From a virus: a DNA stretch of 64,000 nucleotides. Within the stretch, counting starts at the first letter, position 1. The number at the start of each line of letters is the position of its first letter. Made by a program: the position numbers and the translations under genes. Positions 1-9,473 of the stretch are shown one piece after another. The notes under the pieces are model-generated. The model saw only the letters and a program-made list of their open reading frames with translations. It had not been told where the DNA came from and made no database searches. The DNA lies in the IMG/VR virus record IMGVR_UViG_3300032325_000432, positions 6,822-70,821 of that record, one strand, 5' to 3'.

Positions 1-4
1 GTTC

Positions 5-295
5 ATGGATGAGCTTGTTATATTCTCAATAGATCATAGTTATGATCCAAAACCACCAGTATTTATTGCACTAGACACTATGTTGCAAAAACATTATTTG
101 TGGTTTGATGAAATTTATCATCCAGACCTAGAAGATATCTGTGATGAAGAAAAGAGCTTTATTCTTTGGGCTAAAGACAATAGATCTTTTATCGGGGAGA
201 ACTCTAGACTACTAAAAACAGTTTATATGCAAGGATTTTCAATGGGATTTGAACATAAGAGAAAAACGTCTTATGAGGAGCAGATGCAAAAATGA
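5..295 (+). CDS. hypothetical protein
   Basis: ORF in a tightly packed + strand run; ATGA overlap with next gene. Confidence 0.6.
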   Translation: MDELVIFSIDHSYDPKPPVFIALDTMLQKHYLWFDEIYHPDLEDICDEEKSFILWAKDNRSFIGENSRLLKTVYMQGFSMGFEHKRKTSYEEQMQK

Positions 296-570
296 GTTGG
301 GATGGAACTTTCAAATATGATCCTGTAGATATTTCTAAAGTAAATAATATACTAACCCAATACAAAGGCCAGCCAGTATTAGACTATATTATAGAGCTAT
401 ATAAACTTATTGAATATCAAAGACAAAGACTCTCTGAGCAAGAGAAACAAATTATTGCTTTAAAACATACTGAAGCATGGAAACATTATGACAAACCAAT
501 AGAGAATTATGACGCATCCACAAGACAATACCTTGACAAGCCCCCAAAATCGGGTAACATGAGTTGCTAA
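292..570 (+). CDS. hypothetical protein (short coiled coil)
   Basis: GAGGAG upstream, overlapping start/stop. Confidence 0.65.
   Translation: MSWDGTFKYDPVDISKVNNILTQYKGQPVLDYIIELYKLIEYQRQRLSEQEKQIIALKHTEAWKHYDKPIENYDASTRQYLDKPPKSGNMSC
533..560 (+). promoter_or_regulatory. sigma70-type promoter
   Basis: TTGACA-16 bp-TAACAT; spacer contains ATCGG (reverse complement of CCGAT). Confidence 0.5.
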
Positions 571-770
571 TGACACACTCTGACTACAATCTATTGTTGC
601 ACATTTGTTATCACGCCCTAAGAAAAGGGAGTGATCTTAATATGGATCAGATTTCAGACATAGATAATATCATAAAAAAATTGCATAAAGAACAGCATAT
701 AAGGGATAAACTAAATGCAAATCTCAGAAATAAAAAAATGGGCAAAAACCAAGGGGTACGAAGTAATTAA
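570..770 (+). CDS. hypothetical protein
   Basis: TAATG stop/start overlap with previous ORF. Confidence 0.5.
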   Translation: MTHSDYNLLLHICYHALRKGSDLNMDQISDIDNIIKKLHKEQHIRDKLNANLRNKKMGKNQGVRSN

Positions 771-966
771 AGACAAGGAAGATGGTCTTTATTATTGGGC
801 TAAGTTAGATGCTGGGCCAGATGCTAGTGGAGTAGCGAAAAGTGTTAGCAAAGTAGCCACTGCAATCTTTAATCATTTGACAGATAATAAGTGGGTTGAA
901 CATCAAACTAAGTCTAAAGAAAAACAAGACGATATCAAATTTACCGTGAGTGATTATGGAAAATAA
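715..966 (+). CDS. hypothetical protein
   Basis: ORF track; protein-like composition. Confidence 0.65.
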   Translation: MQISEIKKWAKTKGYEVIKDKEDGLYYWAKLDAGPDASGVAKSVSKVATAIFNHLTDNKWVEHQTKSKEKQDDIKFTVSDYGK

Positions 967-1129
967 AGAAGAAATTGAAACACAAATGATACCAGTAGTT
1001 CCAGCACTAACTTTTGGAGGTATAATTAATGCCTCTGTAAGTGGTATTGTTAGTTTTATAGCTGTATACTTCTTTACCCCAGTATGGAATAAGATTGTTA
1101 ACTATTGGAATAATAATGAAATACGTTAA
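956..1129 (+). CDS. small membrane protein (57 aa, not in ORF track)
   Basis: translated by hand: MENKEEIETQMIPVVPALTFGGIINASVSGIVSFIAVYFFTPVW...; fills the gap, one hydrophobic helix. Confidence 0.55.
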   Translation: MENKEEIETQMIPVVPALTFGGIINASVSGIVSFIAVYFFTPVWNKIVNYWNNNEIR

Positions 1130-1355
1130 GCTTATCTCAAAAAAAGACGAGTGGTTTGATGCTGGAACAGAGGTTTTTGACGCTACAATATGTGATTGGG
1201 GAAGAACTCTGAAAAGAATGACTAAAGAAAATTACGAAAATATATGGATAAAAGCGGGACATATCTTAGGAAGAGGTTTAAGGAATAATTTTTGGGATGA
1301 AGAACTTTGCCCACTAGAAGAATTTGAAATATCATATACAGAGGATCAAATATAA
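1116..1355 (+). CDS. hypothetical protein
   Basis: ATG 1116 preferred to TTG 1095. Confidence 0.6.
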   Translation: MKYVKLISKKDEWFDAGTEVFDATICDWGRTLKRMTKENYENIWIKAGHILGRGLRNNFWDEELCPLEEFEISYTEDQI

Positions 1356-1375
1356 TTAGATGTTTGGCATATGTT

Positions 1376-1381
1376 GGTGTA
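1376..1381 (+). promoter_or_regulatory. GGTGTA motif (candidate phage late/middle promoter element)
   Basis: same hexamer followed by an AT-rich tract recurs at many gene boundaries. Confidence 0.4.
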
Positions 1382-1414
1382 GATAATTAGTATCTAACCG
1401 ATAGGAGCCAAACA

Positions 1415-1930
1415 ATGGAAATTATTAAGACATACTATGAATACCAAAAAACACAAAATAGAAACAGAAAAATGGCTATTGGTATCTGTCCCATTTGTTC
1501 AAAAAAACACCGTGGAACATATGAGAACATAAAAAGATTAAAAACTTGTGGATGTTTAAGAGCCGAACAGGCTAGAAAAAACGGAAGAACAAGAACGACA
1601 GAAAAAGCCTTTACTAATGGTAGACATAATTCATATAAGCAGAGTGCATTAAAAAGAGATATTTATTTTAACTTAACACCAGAAGATGTTTATGAAATAA
1701 TAACAAAAGATTGTATTTATTGTGGCAAAAAACCAGAATTACGAGACATTAAATACATTAAGGGCATACAATATCCACATAATACTATTGATAGAATAGA
1801 TAGCAACAAGGGATATATTAAAACAAATATTCAACCATGCTGCAAAATCTGTAATATAATGAAGAATTCACTTACCTCAAAAGAATTTCTAGAACATATT
1901 AGAAAGGTATACTTATTTAATGAGTGTTAA
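1415..1930 (+). CDS. HNH homing-type endonuclease
   Basis: CIYCG...IDRIDSNKGY...NIQPCCKICN motif; N-terminal TCGC; abuts thyX. Confidence 0.8.
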   Translation: MEIIKTYYEYQKTQNRNRKMAIGICPICSKKHRGTYENIKRLKTCGCLRAEQARKNGRTRTTEKAFTNGRHNSYKQSALKRDIYFNLTPEDVYEIITKDCIYCGKKPELRDIKYIKGIQYPHNTIDRIDSNKGYIKTNIQPCCKICNIMKNSLTSKEFLEHIRKVYLFNEC

Positions 1931-2555
1931 ACTAATCAGTGTAACTCCAGATGCAGAAAAATTGATGAGTTATTGTGCAAGAGTATCTAATCCTAGTGGA
2001 CAAAATCGGGATGATTATGCCAAGCTACTAGCTTATTGTATAAAAAATCAACACTGGAGTATTTTTGAACAAGCTTTTATGACCGTTGAAATCAATACTA
2101 CAAGAGGATTAGCTGCTCAAATTCTGAGGCATAGAAGTTTTACATTCCAAGAATTCAGTCAAAGATATGCTGATGCTACATTACTAGCAGAAGATATTCC
2201 AGTCTTTGACTTGCGAAGGCAAGATACTAAAAACAGACAAAATAGTATTGACGACATATCTGATGAGACTAAAGTAAAATGGAATACTAAAATTCGTGAA
2301 CATTTTTCTAAATCTAAAGCTATTTATGATGGTATGGTTGCTGATGGAATAGCTAAAGAATGTGCTAGATTTATTTTACCATTAGCCACTCCTACTAGAC
2401 TATATATGAGTGGTTCTATTCGTAGCTGGATTCACTATATTGAATTACGTTCTTCTAATGGCACTCAAAAAGAACACAGAATTATTGTAGAAGAAATCAA
2501 AGGAATCTTTTCAGAACAATTTCCCACAGTATCAGAAGCATTAGGATGGTCTTAA
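1920..2555 (+). CDS. thyX: FAD-dependent thymidylate synthase
   Basis: RHRSFTFQEFSQRY ThyX motif, HWSIFE, ECARFILP, TQKEH. Confidence 0.97.
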   Translation: MSVKLISVTPDAEKLMSYCARVSNPSGQNRDDYAKLLAYCIKNQHWSIFEQAFMTVEINTTRGLAAQILRHRSFTFQEFSQRYADATLLAEDIPVFDLRRQDTKNRQNSIDDISDETKVKWNTKIREHFSKSKAIYDGMVADGIAKECARFILPLATPTRLYMSGSIRSWIHYIELRSSNGTQKEHRIIVEEIKGIFSEQFPTVSEALGWS

Positions 2556-2639
2556 TGGGTGATTTTCTTTTAACATATTCTGTGGTTTGTATTTTGTATT
2601 ACTGTGCAGTATTTTACTTCATTTTTGAGGAGAAGAGAA

Positions 2640-2828
2640 ATGGATAAAGAATTTGTGGTAACAGGACAGTTACAACAGAGAAACGGTGGTCAATATCTCA
2701 TTCTTCATCGGGCTTTTATGACAACCTCAAGAGAAACTGCAATAGAAAATTTTCATAAACATTTTGAGCCAGAACTAAAAATCATAAAAATATATTCTGT
2801 TGTTGATGAGGAAGGCAATATTGTGTGA
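2640..2828 (+). CDS. hypothetical protein
   Basis: GAGGAG RBS before ATG 2640. Confidence 0.6.
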   Translation: MDKEFVVTGQLQQRNGGQYLILHRAFMTTSRETAIENFHKHFEPELKIIKIYSVVDEEGNIV

Positions 2829-3472
2829 GTATGGAAACTAAATCTAATCTTACAATCAAAATAGTTAGAGAATTACTAGATTATGGATTCTCTATATTGC
2901 TTTATAATCAAGATCAATTAGCAGATGCTTGTGGTGGATGGTGCTGGATAGATGATGATGAAGATAAGAGAGAATTTGCTATTGCCATGAAGCACCACAT
3001 GAGTTTTGAAATTATTCTTCATGAATACTGCCACTTCTTACAATGGAGAGATGATCGTAGACTATGGGATAGAAGCATGGCTACTTATGATATTCTTTTT
3101 GATTGGATTAGCTACCCCTCTTTAGTTGCTAGTCCTTTTATTAAAGACTGTAAGATTACAGAAGATCAAATAGATCAAAGCTTGCATGATATTTTAGAGA
3201 TAGAACATGACTGCGAAAGAAGAGTTCTTAAGTTAGTTAAGAATTGTCCTATTGAGGATTTTGATACTGATAAATATATCCGTGCTTCTAATGCTTATTT
3301 ATGGAGTTATCATCTTAATAGAGAATTAAGAATGAGACCAAAAACCCCAATATATTCACAAGAGTTATTAGAGCATATGCCTAATACTTTTAATAACAAT
3401 CTGTCTTTTTATTTAGATAAGCATAATTTAACCGAACCCATGAGACAAGCACTGCTGGCTGAGTACGAATAA
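2825..3472 (+). CDS. HExxH-motif protein, possible zinc metallopeptidase
   Basis: ILHEYCHFLQW plus a downstream E (EHDCE). Confidence 0.6.
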   Translation: MSMETKSNLTIKIVRELLDYGFSILLYNQDQLADACGGWCWIDDDEDKREFAIAMKHHMSFEIILHEYCHFLQWRDDRRLWDRSMATYDILFDWISYPSLVASPFIKDCKITEDQIDQSLHDILEIEHDCERRVLKLVKNCPIEDFDTDKYIRASNAYLWSYHLNRELRMRPKTPIYSQELLEHMPNTFNNNLSFYLDKHNLTEPMRQALLAEYE

Positions 3473-3486
3473 TTCTAAAGTACCTG

Positions 3487-3515
3487 TTGACAACAAGCCG
3501 ATAACAGGATATAAT
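3487..3515 (+). promoter_or_regulatory. sigma70-type promoter with GCCGATA spacer box
   Basis: TTGACA-17 bp-TATAAT, perfect consensus, upstream of uvsE. Confidence 0.85.
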
Positions 3516-3534
3516 CCAGCCACAGGAGAAATTT

Positions 3535-4446
3535 ATGAATAGGTTGGGACTCTGTTGTATTTCGCTTACTCTCAAGGAACAGGGTTTTGGTCATCAGACT
3601 ATGACCTTCAAGCGATTCAATTCTTTGCCGCGAGAAGAAGCCTTAGAAATTCTTGGAGACAGAATCCAGAATAATCTAATGGTTACAAATAAAACAATTC
3701 AATTTTGTGCAGAGAACAATTATGTTTATCGTGTTAGTAGCGACATTTTTCCTCTTATTACTTATGATGAGGCTAATGTAAGCCTTGAAGATTTGCCCAA
3801 CCATGACGCTATTCAAGATGAGTTTGATAATATTGAGCAAAGCATATCCTCTACTAATGTACGGGTTTCTGCTCATCCTAGTGAATTTAATAGTTTGTCA
3901 AGTCTCAACGAAAAAGTTGTCGAAAAAACAATTGCAGAACTCAATTTCTACAGTAGTTTCTTTGACAGAATCGGACTACCAGCAGACCGACGATCACCCA
4001 TGAATTTTCATGTTCATAATAATAATGGAACAAGAGAAGAAATTGCTCACAGATTCTACAACAACTTTAAAAAACTTGATGATAATTGTCAGGCTCGTGT
4101 TACAATCGAAAACGATGACAAACTTAACTGTTGGAGTGTCAAAGAATTAGTAGACATTTTTCATCCGATAACTCGTATTCCAATCTGTTTCGATTATCTT
4201 CATCACAAATGTCACCCAAACGGTCTTACGGAACGCGAAGCGATTAATATGTGCTGGGATACTTGGCAAACTAGACCACTTTTCCATTATAGTGAAAGCA
4301 GGGAAGGAAATAATCCACGGGCGCACGCAGATTATCCCGAAAATACTTTTAATAATTATGGTCTGGAATTTGATATCGACCTAGAACTAAAAGCAAAAGA
4401 CCTAGCTCTTGCAAAATATGATTCTTTACTAAACTGTGTTTCTTAA
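3535..4446 (+). CDS. uvsE: UV damage endonuclease
   Basis: RLGLCC, YRVSSDIFP, HP, NFH, IENDDK, FDYLHH, HYSE, AHADY, ELKAKD motifs. Confidence 0.93.
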   Translation: MNRLGLCCISLTLKEQGFGHQTMTFKRFNSLPREEALEILGDRIQNNLMVTNKTIQFCAENNYVYRVSSDIFPLITYDEANVSLEDLPNHDAIQDEFDNIEQSISSTNVRVSAHPSEFNSLSSLNEKVVEKTIAELNFYSSFFDRIGLPADRRSPMNFHVHNNNGTREEIAHRFYNNFKKLDDNCQARVTIENDDKLNCWSVKELVDIFHPITRIPICFDYLHHKCHPNGLTEREAINMCWDTWQTRPLFHYSESREGNNPRAHADYPENTFNNYGLEFDIDLELKAKDLALAKYDSLLNCVS

Positions 4447-4462
4447 ATATAAGGAGATAATT

Positions 4463-4612
4463 ATGGCTCAGATCGGTGCAATTTCAATTAGTCCCAATGT
4501 TAATACTAAAGCAATCATTAACTTGCTAAAGGAAGATAAGAAGATTACTATTGGTCAGGAGCAGATTGCCGCTGACGGCTCTCGCTATATTCCAATAGAA
4601 AAGAATGGGTAA
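4463..4612 (+). CDS. small hypothetical protein (49 aa)
   Basis: strong AAGGAG RBS; MAQIGAISISPNVN... translated by hand. Confidence 0.6.
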   Translation: MAQIGAISISPNVNTKAIINLLKEDKKITIGQEQIAADGSRYIPIEKNG

Positions 4613-4614
4613 AA

Positions 4615-4776
4615 ATGAGTGCTTGGCTTATAATAGTAACAGGATGTATTTATTCTTACGTCGCTTTTGAACAAGGAATGAAGGGCAATTATCCTCTTTG
4701 TATTATGTATATTGGATATAGTTGGGCTAATATTGGAGCTTATTTGTTAGCAATATCATCTAACTCTGGAAGATAG
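4615..4776 (+). CDS. small two-helix membrane protein (53 aa)
   Basis: MSAWLIIVTGCIYSYVAFEQGMKGN...GYSWANIG translated by hand; resembles a common small phage protein. Confidence 0.6.
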   Translation: MSAWLIIVTGCIYSYVAFEQGMKGNYPLCIMYIGYSWANIGAYLLAISSNSGR

Positions 4777-4786
4777 GAATAAGATT

Positions 4787-4981
4787 ATGAAAGAACCACA
4801 AAGAATTAAACTTAGTCCAGAAACACCAACGCCAAAAGAACCTCATAAATACAGATTACCTCCACTAAATAAGCCAGAGTGGGATATTTCTGGTCAAGAT
4901 AATGATGACGTATATATTAAGTCAGACTTGGACGAGCTAAACAAAAAATTGGACATAATTAATCGTGAAGATAATTCATAA
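4787..4981 (+). CDS. hypothetical protein
   Basis: ORF track. Confidence 0.55.
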   Translation: MKEPQRIKLSPETPTPKEPHKYRLPPLNKPEWDISGQDNDDVYIKSDLDELNKKLDIINREDNS

Positions 4982-5420
4982 AACTATCAAGAAAGCCTAT
5001 GACAATTGGAATCCTAATTCGTTAATTCGCTGTTACCATTATGCAGCGGCTTTTGATGGAACAAGAATGATCGAATTTGCTCAGAATAATCCTGTTAAGA
5101 TGAGTACAAAAGCTTTCAGGATAGGTAAAAGATTTAACATTCCCAAATACTTGGAGTATCCTTATGTTCATAGTGAATCTCATCTTATTTCTAAATTACT
5201 TGATCGCTATAACTCCATTGATCCTAATTGGAGCATATGTGTCTTACGAATTAACAGACAGGGATTAATTCTTGGAAGCAAACCTTGTGTTAATTGCTCT
5301 AAACTACTAAATGCTGTTGGTTTAAATCAAATCTACTACAGTAATGATAATGGGGATTTTGTATGTCCCACCAAAACCATTAAGATTGAATCAAAGCAAG
5401 AAAGTTATTCGTATGAGTAA
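4965..5420 (+). CDS. cytidine/dCMP deaminase-fold zinc protein
   Basis: HSE and SKPCVNC zinc-deaminase motifs. Confidence 0.8.
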   Translation: MKIIHKTIKKAYDNWNPNSLIRCYHYAAAFDGTRMIEFAQNNPVKMSTKAFRIGKRFNIPKYLEYPYVHSESHLISKLLDRYNSIDPNWSICVLRINRQGLILGSKPCVNCSKLLNAVGLNQIYYSNDNGDFVCPTKTIKIESKQESYSYE

Positions 5421-5532
5421 TGAATTACCAGATAGTAAAATCCCTTGGTGGGATAATCACTATGAAGATATTTATAGTGAAGAAGTAGAAGATGGCTATC
5501 CTTATGACATTGGAACCAAAGTACAGGAATAA
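5413..5532 (+). CDS. small acidic hypothetical protein
   Basis: ATG overlapping the upstream gene end; fills the gap. Confidence 0.4.
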   Translation: MSNELPDSKIPWWDNHYEDIYSEEVEDGYPYDIGTKVQE

Positions 5533-5535
5533 ATT

Positions 5536-6318
5536 ATGCTACTAAGACCAAAATCAAGAACTCATTACTGGAGTTGTTCTAAGTTCGCAGACTTTATTCG
5601 TGGAGAGAAAAAACCCTATGCTTTAGAGTGGGGTAAATGGGACGAGTGGAAAAAAGAACAAAAAAAGAAAAGACCAATTCGATTTTGGATGGCAGAAGAA
5701 GGACTGTCTAAACTACAAGATTTTGTCATGTTTCCTATTGATGTTTATGATGAGATTAAATACTACATTAATAATCGTTGGATAACTAAAACACATTATC
5801 TAAAAACTGGACTAAAACCCGGTCATTACTATGAGCTTGACTATAGAATTCTTCATGGGTTATTTAATGAGCTTGTGGATTTTGTAGAGATTGAGTATGC
5901 ACACCTAGCAAAATGGTCACTTAAAAAGGGAACTAAAGACTATAAGTTCAAGCGTGGTCGATCAATTGAGGCAGGATTAGCTTACCTAAAATGGGCTTGT
6001 TCCTTAAAATACAATAAGGATTGGGGAGTAGATAAAAAAGACCCCAAGTATGGAAAACCAACCCACCAAGCTATTAAAGCACAAAAAATAAAAGAACTTT
6101 ATCTATGGTGGAAAGATCGTCCGAACAGACCAGAACCTATGGATGTTGCCAAATTATCTTGGAATCAAAACAAAGAAGATAATTTAATGGATGGTAAGAT
6201 AACAAGACAAGAATTGTCTCAATTTAAAAAACTTGAGAAGATTGAAGCAGACTATGAAAAAGAGGATACAAAAATGCTCATTGAACTTATTAAAATCCGT
6301 AAGGAGTTGTGGTCATGA
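5536..6318 (+). CDS. conserved phage hypothetical protein
   Basis: 260-aa ORF, Trp/Lys-rich, ends LIKIRKELWS. Confidence 0.8.
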   Translation: MLLRPKSRTHYWSCSKFADFIRGEKKPYALEWGKWDEWKKEQKKKRPIRFWMAEEGLSKLQDFVMFPIDVYDEIKYYINNRWITKTHYLKTGLKPGHYYELDYRILHGLFNELVDFVEIEYAHLAKWSLKKGTKDYKFKRGRSIEAGLAYLKWACSLKYNKDWGVDKKDPKYGKPTHQAIKAQKIKELYLWWKDRPNRPEPMDVAKLSWNQNKEDNLMDGKITRQELSQFKKLEKIEADYEKEDTKMLIELIKIRKELWS

Positions 6319-6662
6319 GAAAAGCTAATCTAGAACACGATCTTATCAAATCAGATTGTATTACAGACAAATGTTCTAATAGTGAATCTTATAGTCAAAA
6401 TCTGTATGCTGCTATGTGCAATAATTTATTCTACAAGAATGACGAGGAATGGAGTTGTTCTTGGAGATATTCTGGTGGGATTGTTGCGGACATAAGGAAT
6501 GTTGGAGAAAGCTACATTGACTTTTATTGTAGCGGAATAGGTAGCGGTCATGAGGGATATGTCGGAGAGAGTTTTGTTACAGACGAAATTCGATCAGACT
6601 TACTGCAACTAGGATGGACTATCAAAGAATATACTCAGAGCGAACAGGTTGATGCTCTCTAG
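6315..6662 (+). CDS. conserved phage hypothetical protein
   Basis: QNLYAAMCNN...WSCSWR...YIDFYCSG pattern. Confidence 0.75.
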   Translation: MRKANLEHDLIKSDCITDKCSNSESYSQNLYAAMCNNLFYKNDEEWSCSWRYSGGIVADIRNVGESYIDFYCSGIGSGHEGYVGESFVTDEIRSDLLQLGWTIKEYTQSEQVDAL

Positions 6663-6810
6663 GGAGTTTCTATTAAAAAGAGGCTACTGCTGCCACCTTG
6701 GTTGTATTAACTGCCCTTACAACGAGTCGCCAGAGGGCTTGACAAAGCATCCAGAGGACGTTAAACTAGAGTTGGGCGACGAATCATCCATCACAAAGGA
6801 AAATGAATGA
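6652..6810 (+). CDS. small Cys-rich protein (DUF5522-like)
   Basis: translated by hand: LLKRGYCCHLGCINCPY. Confidence 0.65.
   Translation: MLSREFLLKRGYCCHLGCINCPYNESPEGLTKHPEDVKLELGDESSITKENE
6739..6767 (+). promoter_or_regulatory. sigma70-type promoter
   Basis: TTGACA-17 bp-TAAACT. Confidence 0.65.
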
Positions 6811-7022
6811 ACGAATCACTAAATCAAGCTATTTGTGATTTCTATAATAGTGTTTGGAAATATATGAAAGCTGAATATAAGCCAAAGTGGGCCAAACTTT
6901 ACAATTCTGAAAAACTATTGGACGAAATGATTCAACTTACAGGTCAATATTATCTTGGTGGAAACAATGTCTCTGATACTGCTGGAGATATTGTTAGATT
7001 TCTTAAAAAGAAACACAAATAG
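6807..7022 (+). CDS. hypothetical protein
   Basis: AAGGA RBS, downstream of promoter. Confidence 0.65.
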   Translation: MNESLNQAICDFYNSVWKYMKAEYKPKWAKLYNSEKLLDEMIQLTGQYYLGGNNVSDTAGDIVRFLKKKHK

Positions 7023-7039
7023 ATTCTAAAGTCCGGTCA

Positions 7040-7067
7040 TTGACAACGCCGATATCTATGATATAAA
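7040..7067 (+). promoter_or_regulatory. sigma70-type promoter with GCCGATA box
   Basis: TTGACA-16 bp-TATAAA with TG extension. Confidence 0.7.
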
Positions 7068-7102
7068 TCAACTGCTGCTAGACCATCTTTTTTGGAGACA
7101 TA

Positions 7103-7321
7103 ATGAACTGTATTTATTGCAAAAATTGCGTTGGTGTTGAACGATATGAATTTCTGACGAAAACTAATAGAAATATCATTTGTATAGAATGTTCTACTGA
7201 GAACAAAGCTGTGGGATTTATGGACTGGGGACATAAGACTGCCCCAAGTTTGGTAATGGTTCCTAGTAATGCTAAAGAAACTATCAGAATTTTAGATCGT
7301 GCTAACAGGAGAGCAAGATGA
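7103..7321 (+). CDS. C4 zinc finger protein, DksA/TraR-finger-like
   Basis: CIYC...ERYEFL...CIEC spacing; GGAG RBS. Confidence 0.6.
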   Translation: MNCIYCKNCVGVERYEFLTKTNRNIICIECSTENKAVGFMDWGHKTAPSLVMVPSNAKETIRILDRANRRAR

Positions 7322-7539
7322 ATAATATGACTTGGCTTGATCTTTACAACTTCCTTTATAATCAGGCAAATGATAGTAAAAATTTTGGAAAGATGAACTG
7401 GCAAGAACCAGTAATGGTACATGATGCCAATACTGGGGATGAGCTTAATTGTGATACATGGGTTGTATCTGATAGCAATGGGCAGGATAAACTGGTTATT
7501 GCAACTAACATTGAAACTATTTATAGCGAAAGGAATTAA
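7318..7539 (+). CDS. hypothetical protein
   Basis: ATGA overlap, AGGAG RBS. Confidence 0.65.
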   Translation: MNNMTWLDLYNFLYNQANDSKNFGKMNWQEPVMVHDANTGDELNCDTWVVSDSNGQDKLVIATNIETIYSERN

Positions 7540-7782
7540 ATGGACTTAGAGATCGAAAGCCTACTATTTAAACAGGTCGAGAAGCCAAAGGGTCATTCGC
7601 TAACAAAGATTATTAATCTATGGGAAAATCGTTATCGTGTTAACCTGTATGTGGAAATTTTAGAAGAAGGTTTGATAAAAAGGAAAATACAGAATAGTTA
7701 TTTCTGTCATTATAGTCCCGGAAAACTAACTATTATAACCGATCCAGATAATAAGCCCGATGATCTAAAAAAGAAAAGGTGA
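7540..7782 (+). CDS. hypothetical protein
   Basis: AAGGA RBS, abutting genes. Confidence 0.65.
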   Translation: MDLEIESLLFKQVEKPKGHSLTKIINLWENRYRVNLYVEILEEGLIKRKIQNSYFCHYSPGKLTIITDPDNKPDDLKKKR

Positions 7783-7785
7783 GTT

Positions 7786-8007
7786 ATGCCAATAGCGACT
7801 TTAAAATTTAAACTACCAGAAGAACAATACGAGTTTGATACTGCTATTCAAGCCGGTAATACTAAAAGAATGTTGTGGGATTTTTCTCAACAACTAAGAT
7901 CTTGGCAAAAATACAGCAATGATTTCACTGATGCTGGAGATGCTCTTGACAAGATTAGATCAGAATTTCACAGATTAGTTACTCAATACAATATTAATAT
8001 AGACTAA
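7786..8007 (+). CDS. conserved phage hypothetical protein
   Basis: ATLKFKLPEE...LRSWQKY pattern. Confidence 0.7.
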   Translation: MPIATLKFKLPEEQYEFDTAIQAGNTKRMLWDFSQQLRSWQKYSNDFTDAGDALDKIRSEFHRLVTQYNINID

Positions 8008-8017
8008 GGAGATTATC

Positions 8018-8293
8018 ATGCCACTTTTTGAAGTTAATACCGTTTCTTTGTTTCGTCACAAGTATATTATCGAGGCTAAGACTCTTGAACACGCATACGA
8101 TACTGTCTTAATTGATAAGCCAGAAGAATTGACCCAAAAACATCTTGAAGAAACTATTCTTGATGGTCGAAAGATTGGTCGAAAAGAGTTTGAAAGACTT
8201 TGTAATGACACTATGAAAGATAGTAGAGAATTGAGTAATGCTCATCTAGGAACACGAATTATACACAAGGTAGATTATAACTATGACTCCTGA
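8018..8293 (+). CDS. hypothetical protein
   Basis: AAGGAG RBS. Confidence 0.7.
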   Translation: MPLFEVNTVSLFRHKYIIEAKTLEHAYDTVLIDKPEELTQKHLEETILDGRKIGRKEFERLCNDTMKDSRELSNAHLGTRIIHKVDYNYDS

Positions 8294-8690
8294 ACTAGCA
8301 GATAAATTAATCAAACAATATACAGAACAGTTTAAAAATCTCAAATACTTAGAGTGCGATGATGGTTGGTATGAAATTTTATCTAGGCTTTGTTATATTG
8401 TGAATAATCGTATTGACTATAAGAGAAGGCTAAATGAGCCACTAGAATTTTTTTATTGGAGTCAAATCAAAGAAAAATTTGGTGGATTACGAGCCTATTG
8501 TTATGGTGCTGATGAATATATTCGCGGAGCAATAGATATGGCAGAAAGTATGAGCTATACCACTTGCGAAGTTACTGGAGAAAAAGGAAAGGTTCGGTAT
8601 AAAAAACTTGATGAAGATGGGAGTCCTATTCATTCATGGGTTAAGACTCTTTCTGATAATGAGGCGACTAAACAGGGTTATGTACTATGA
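8283..8690 (+). CDS. conserved phage hypothetical protein
   Basis: ECDDGW...QIKEKFGGLR...TCEVTG pattern. Confidence 0.75.
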   Translation: MTPELADKLIKQYTEQFKNLKYLECDDGWYEILSRLCYIVNNRIDYKRRLNEPLEFFYWSQIKEKFGGLRAYCYGADEYIRGAIDMAESMSYTTCEVTGEKGKVRYKKLDEDGSPIHSWVKTLSDNEATKQGYVL

Positions 8691-9373
8691 CTTTTGATGC
8701 TATAGTTATTAGCGATATTCATTTAGGAAGTAATGTTTGTCAAGCTAAAACTCTGGCATCTTTTCTCTCTAGAATTGAACTTGGAGAGGTTGACACTGAT
8801 ACTTTAATCATTAATGGAGATTTATTCGATAGTTGGGATTTTCGTAAGTTGAAAAAAGATCATTGGAAGATATTATCTCAAATTCGTAAAATATCTGATA
8901 TTATTAAAGTTATTTGGATTAGCGGCAACCATGACGGGCCTGCTGATATGGTAAGTCATTTAATTGGTGTGGATTTTATGAATGAGTATAGTTTTATCAG
9001 TGGAGACGAAAAGATATTAATTTTACATGGAGATATCTTTGATAATGTTATTTCTAAATATCCTAGACTAACAAAAATAGCTGACTATATTTATCGGTGG
9101 CTACAAATATATGCAGGACTATATTACTCTAATCTTGCTAAACGTAGCAGCAAAACCTTTTTAAGATGTTCTCAGGAAGTTTGTGAAAGAGCTAAATTAT
9201 ACTGTTCATTAAAAAAGTGCGACTCAATAATTTGTGGTCACACTCATTTAGCCACAACAGATGTTTCTGGATTAACAAACTACTATAATAGCGGATGCTG
9301 GACAGATCATCCTTGCTCATATATCACTATTAAAAATGGTCACATTAAAATAAATTATGTGGATATTCTGTAG
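8687..9373 (+). CDS. calcineurin-like metallophosphoesterase (UDP-2,3-diacylglucosamine hydrolase-like)
   Basis: SDIHLG, NGD, GNHD, HGD, GHTH, NSGCW motifs. Confidence 0.88.
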   Translation: MTFDAIVISDIHLGSNVCQAKTLASFLSRIELGEVDTDTLIINGDLFDSWDFRKLKKDHWKILSQIRKISDIIKVIWISGNHDGPADMVSHLIGVDFMNEYSFISGDEKILILHGDIFDNVISKYPRLTKIADYIYRWLQIYAGLYYSNLAKRSSKTFLRCSQEVCERAKLYCSLKKCDSIICGHTHLATTDVSGLTNYYNSGCWTDHPCSYITIKNGHIKINYVDIL

Positions 9374-9410
9374 GTTTTTGAAAAAACTCAGAAACGCTAA
9401 AGAATCCCCC

Positions 9411-9438
9411 TTGACAGTGCCGATAAATGATGTATACT
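9411..9438 (+). promoter_or_regulatory. sigma70-type promoter with GCCGATA box
   Basis: TTGACA-16 bp-TATACT with TG extension. Confidence 0.8.
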
Positions 9439-9473
9439 TAGGGCATAACGTCAATCAACACAGGAGATGAGAA

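Noticed and set aside
1116-1140. MKYVKLIS resembling the ThyX start MSVKLIS as a duplicated gene start around the HNH
   Set aside because: only five residues match and the ORF continues as an unrelated protein; likely chance
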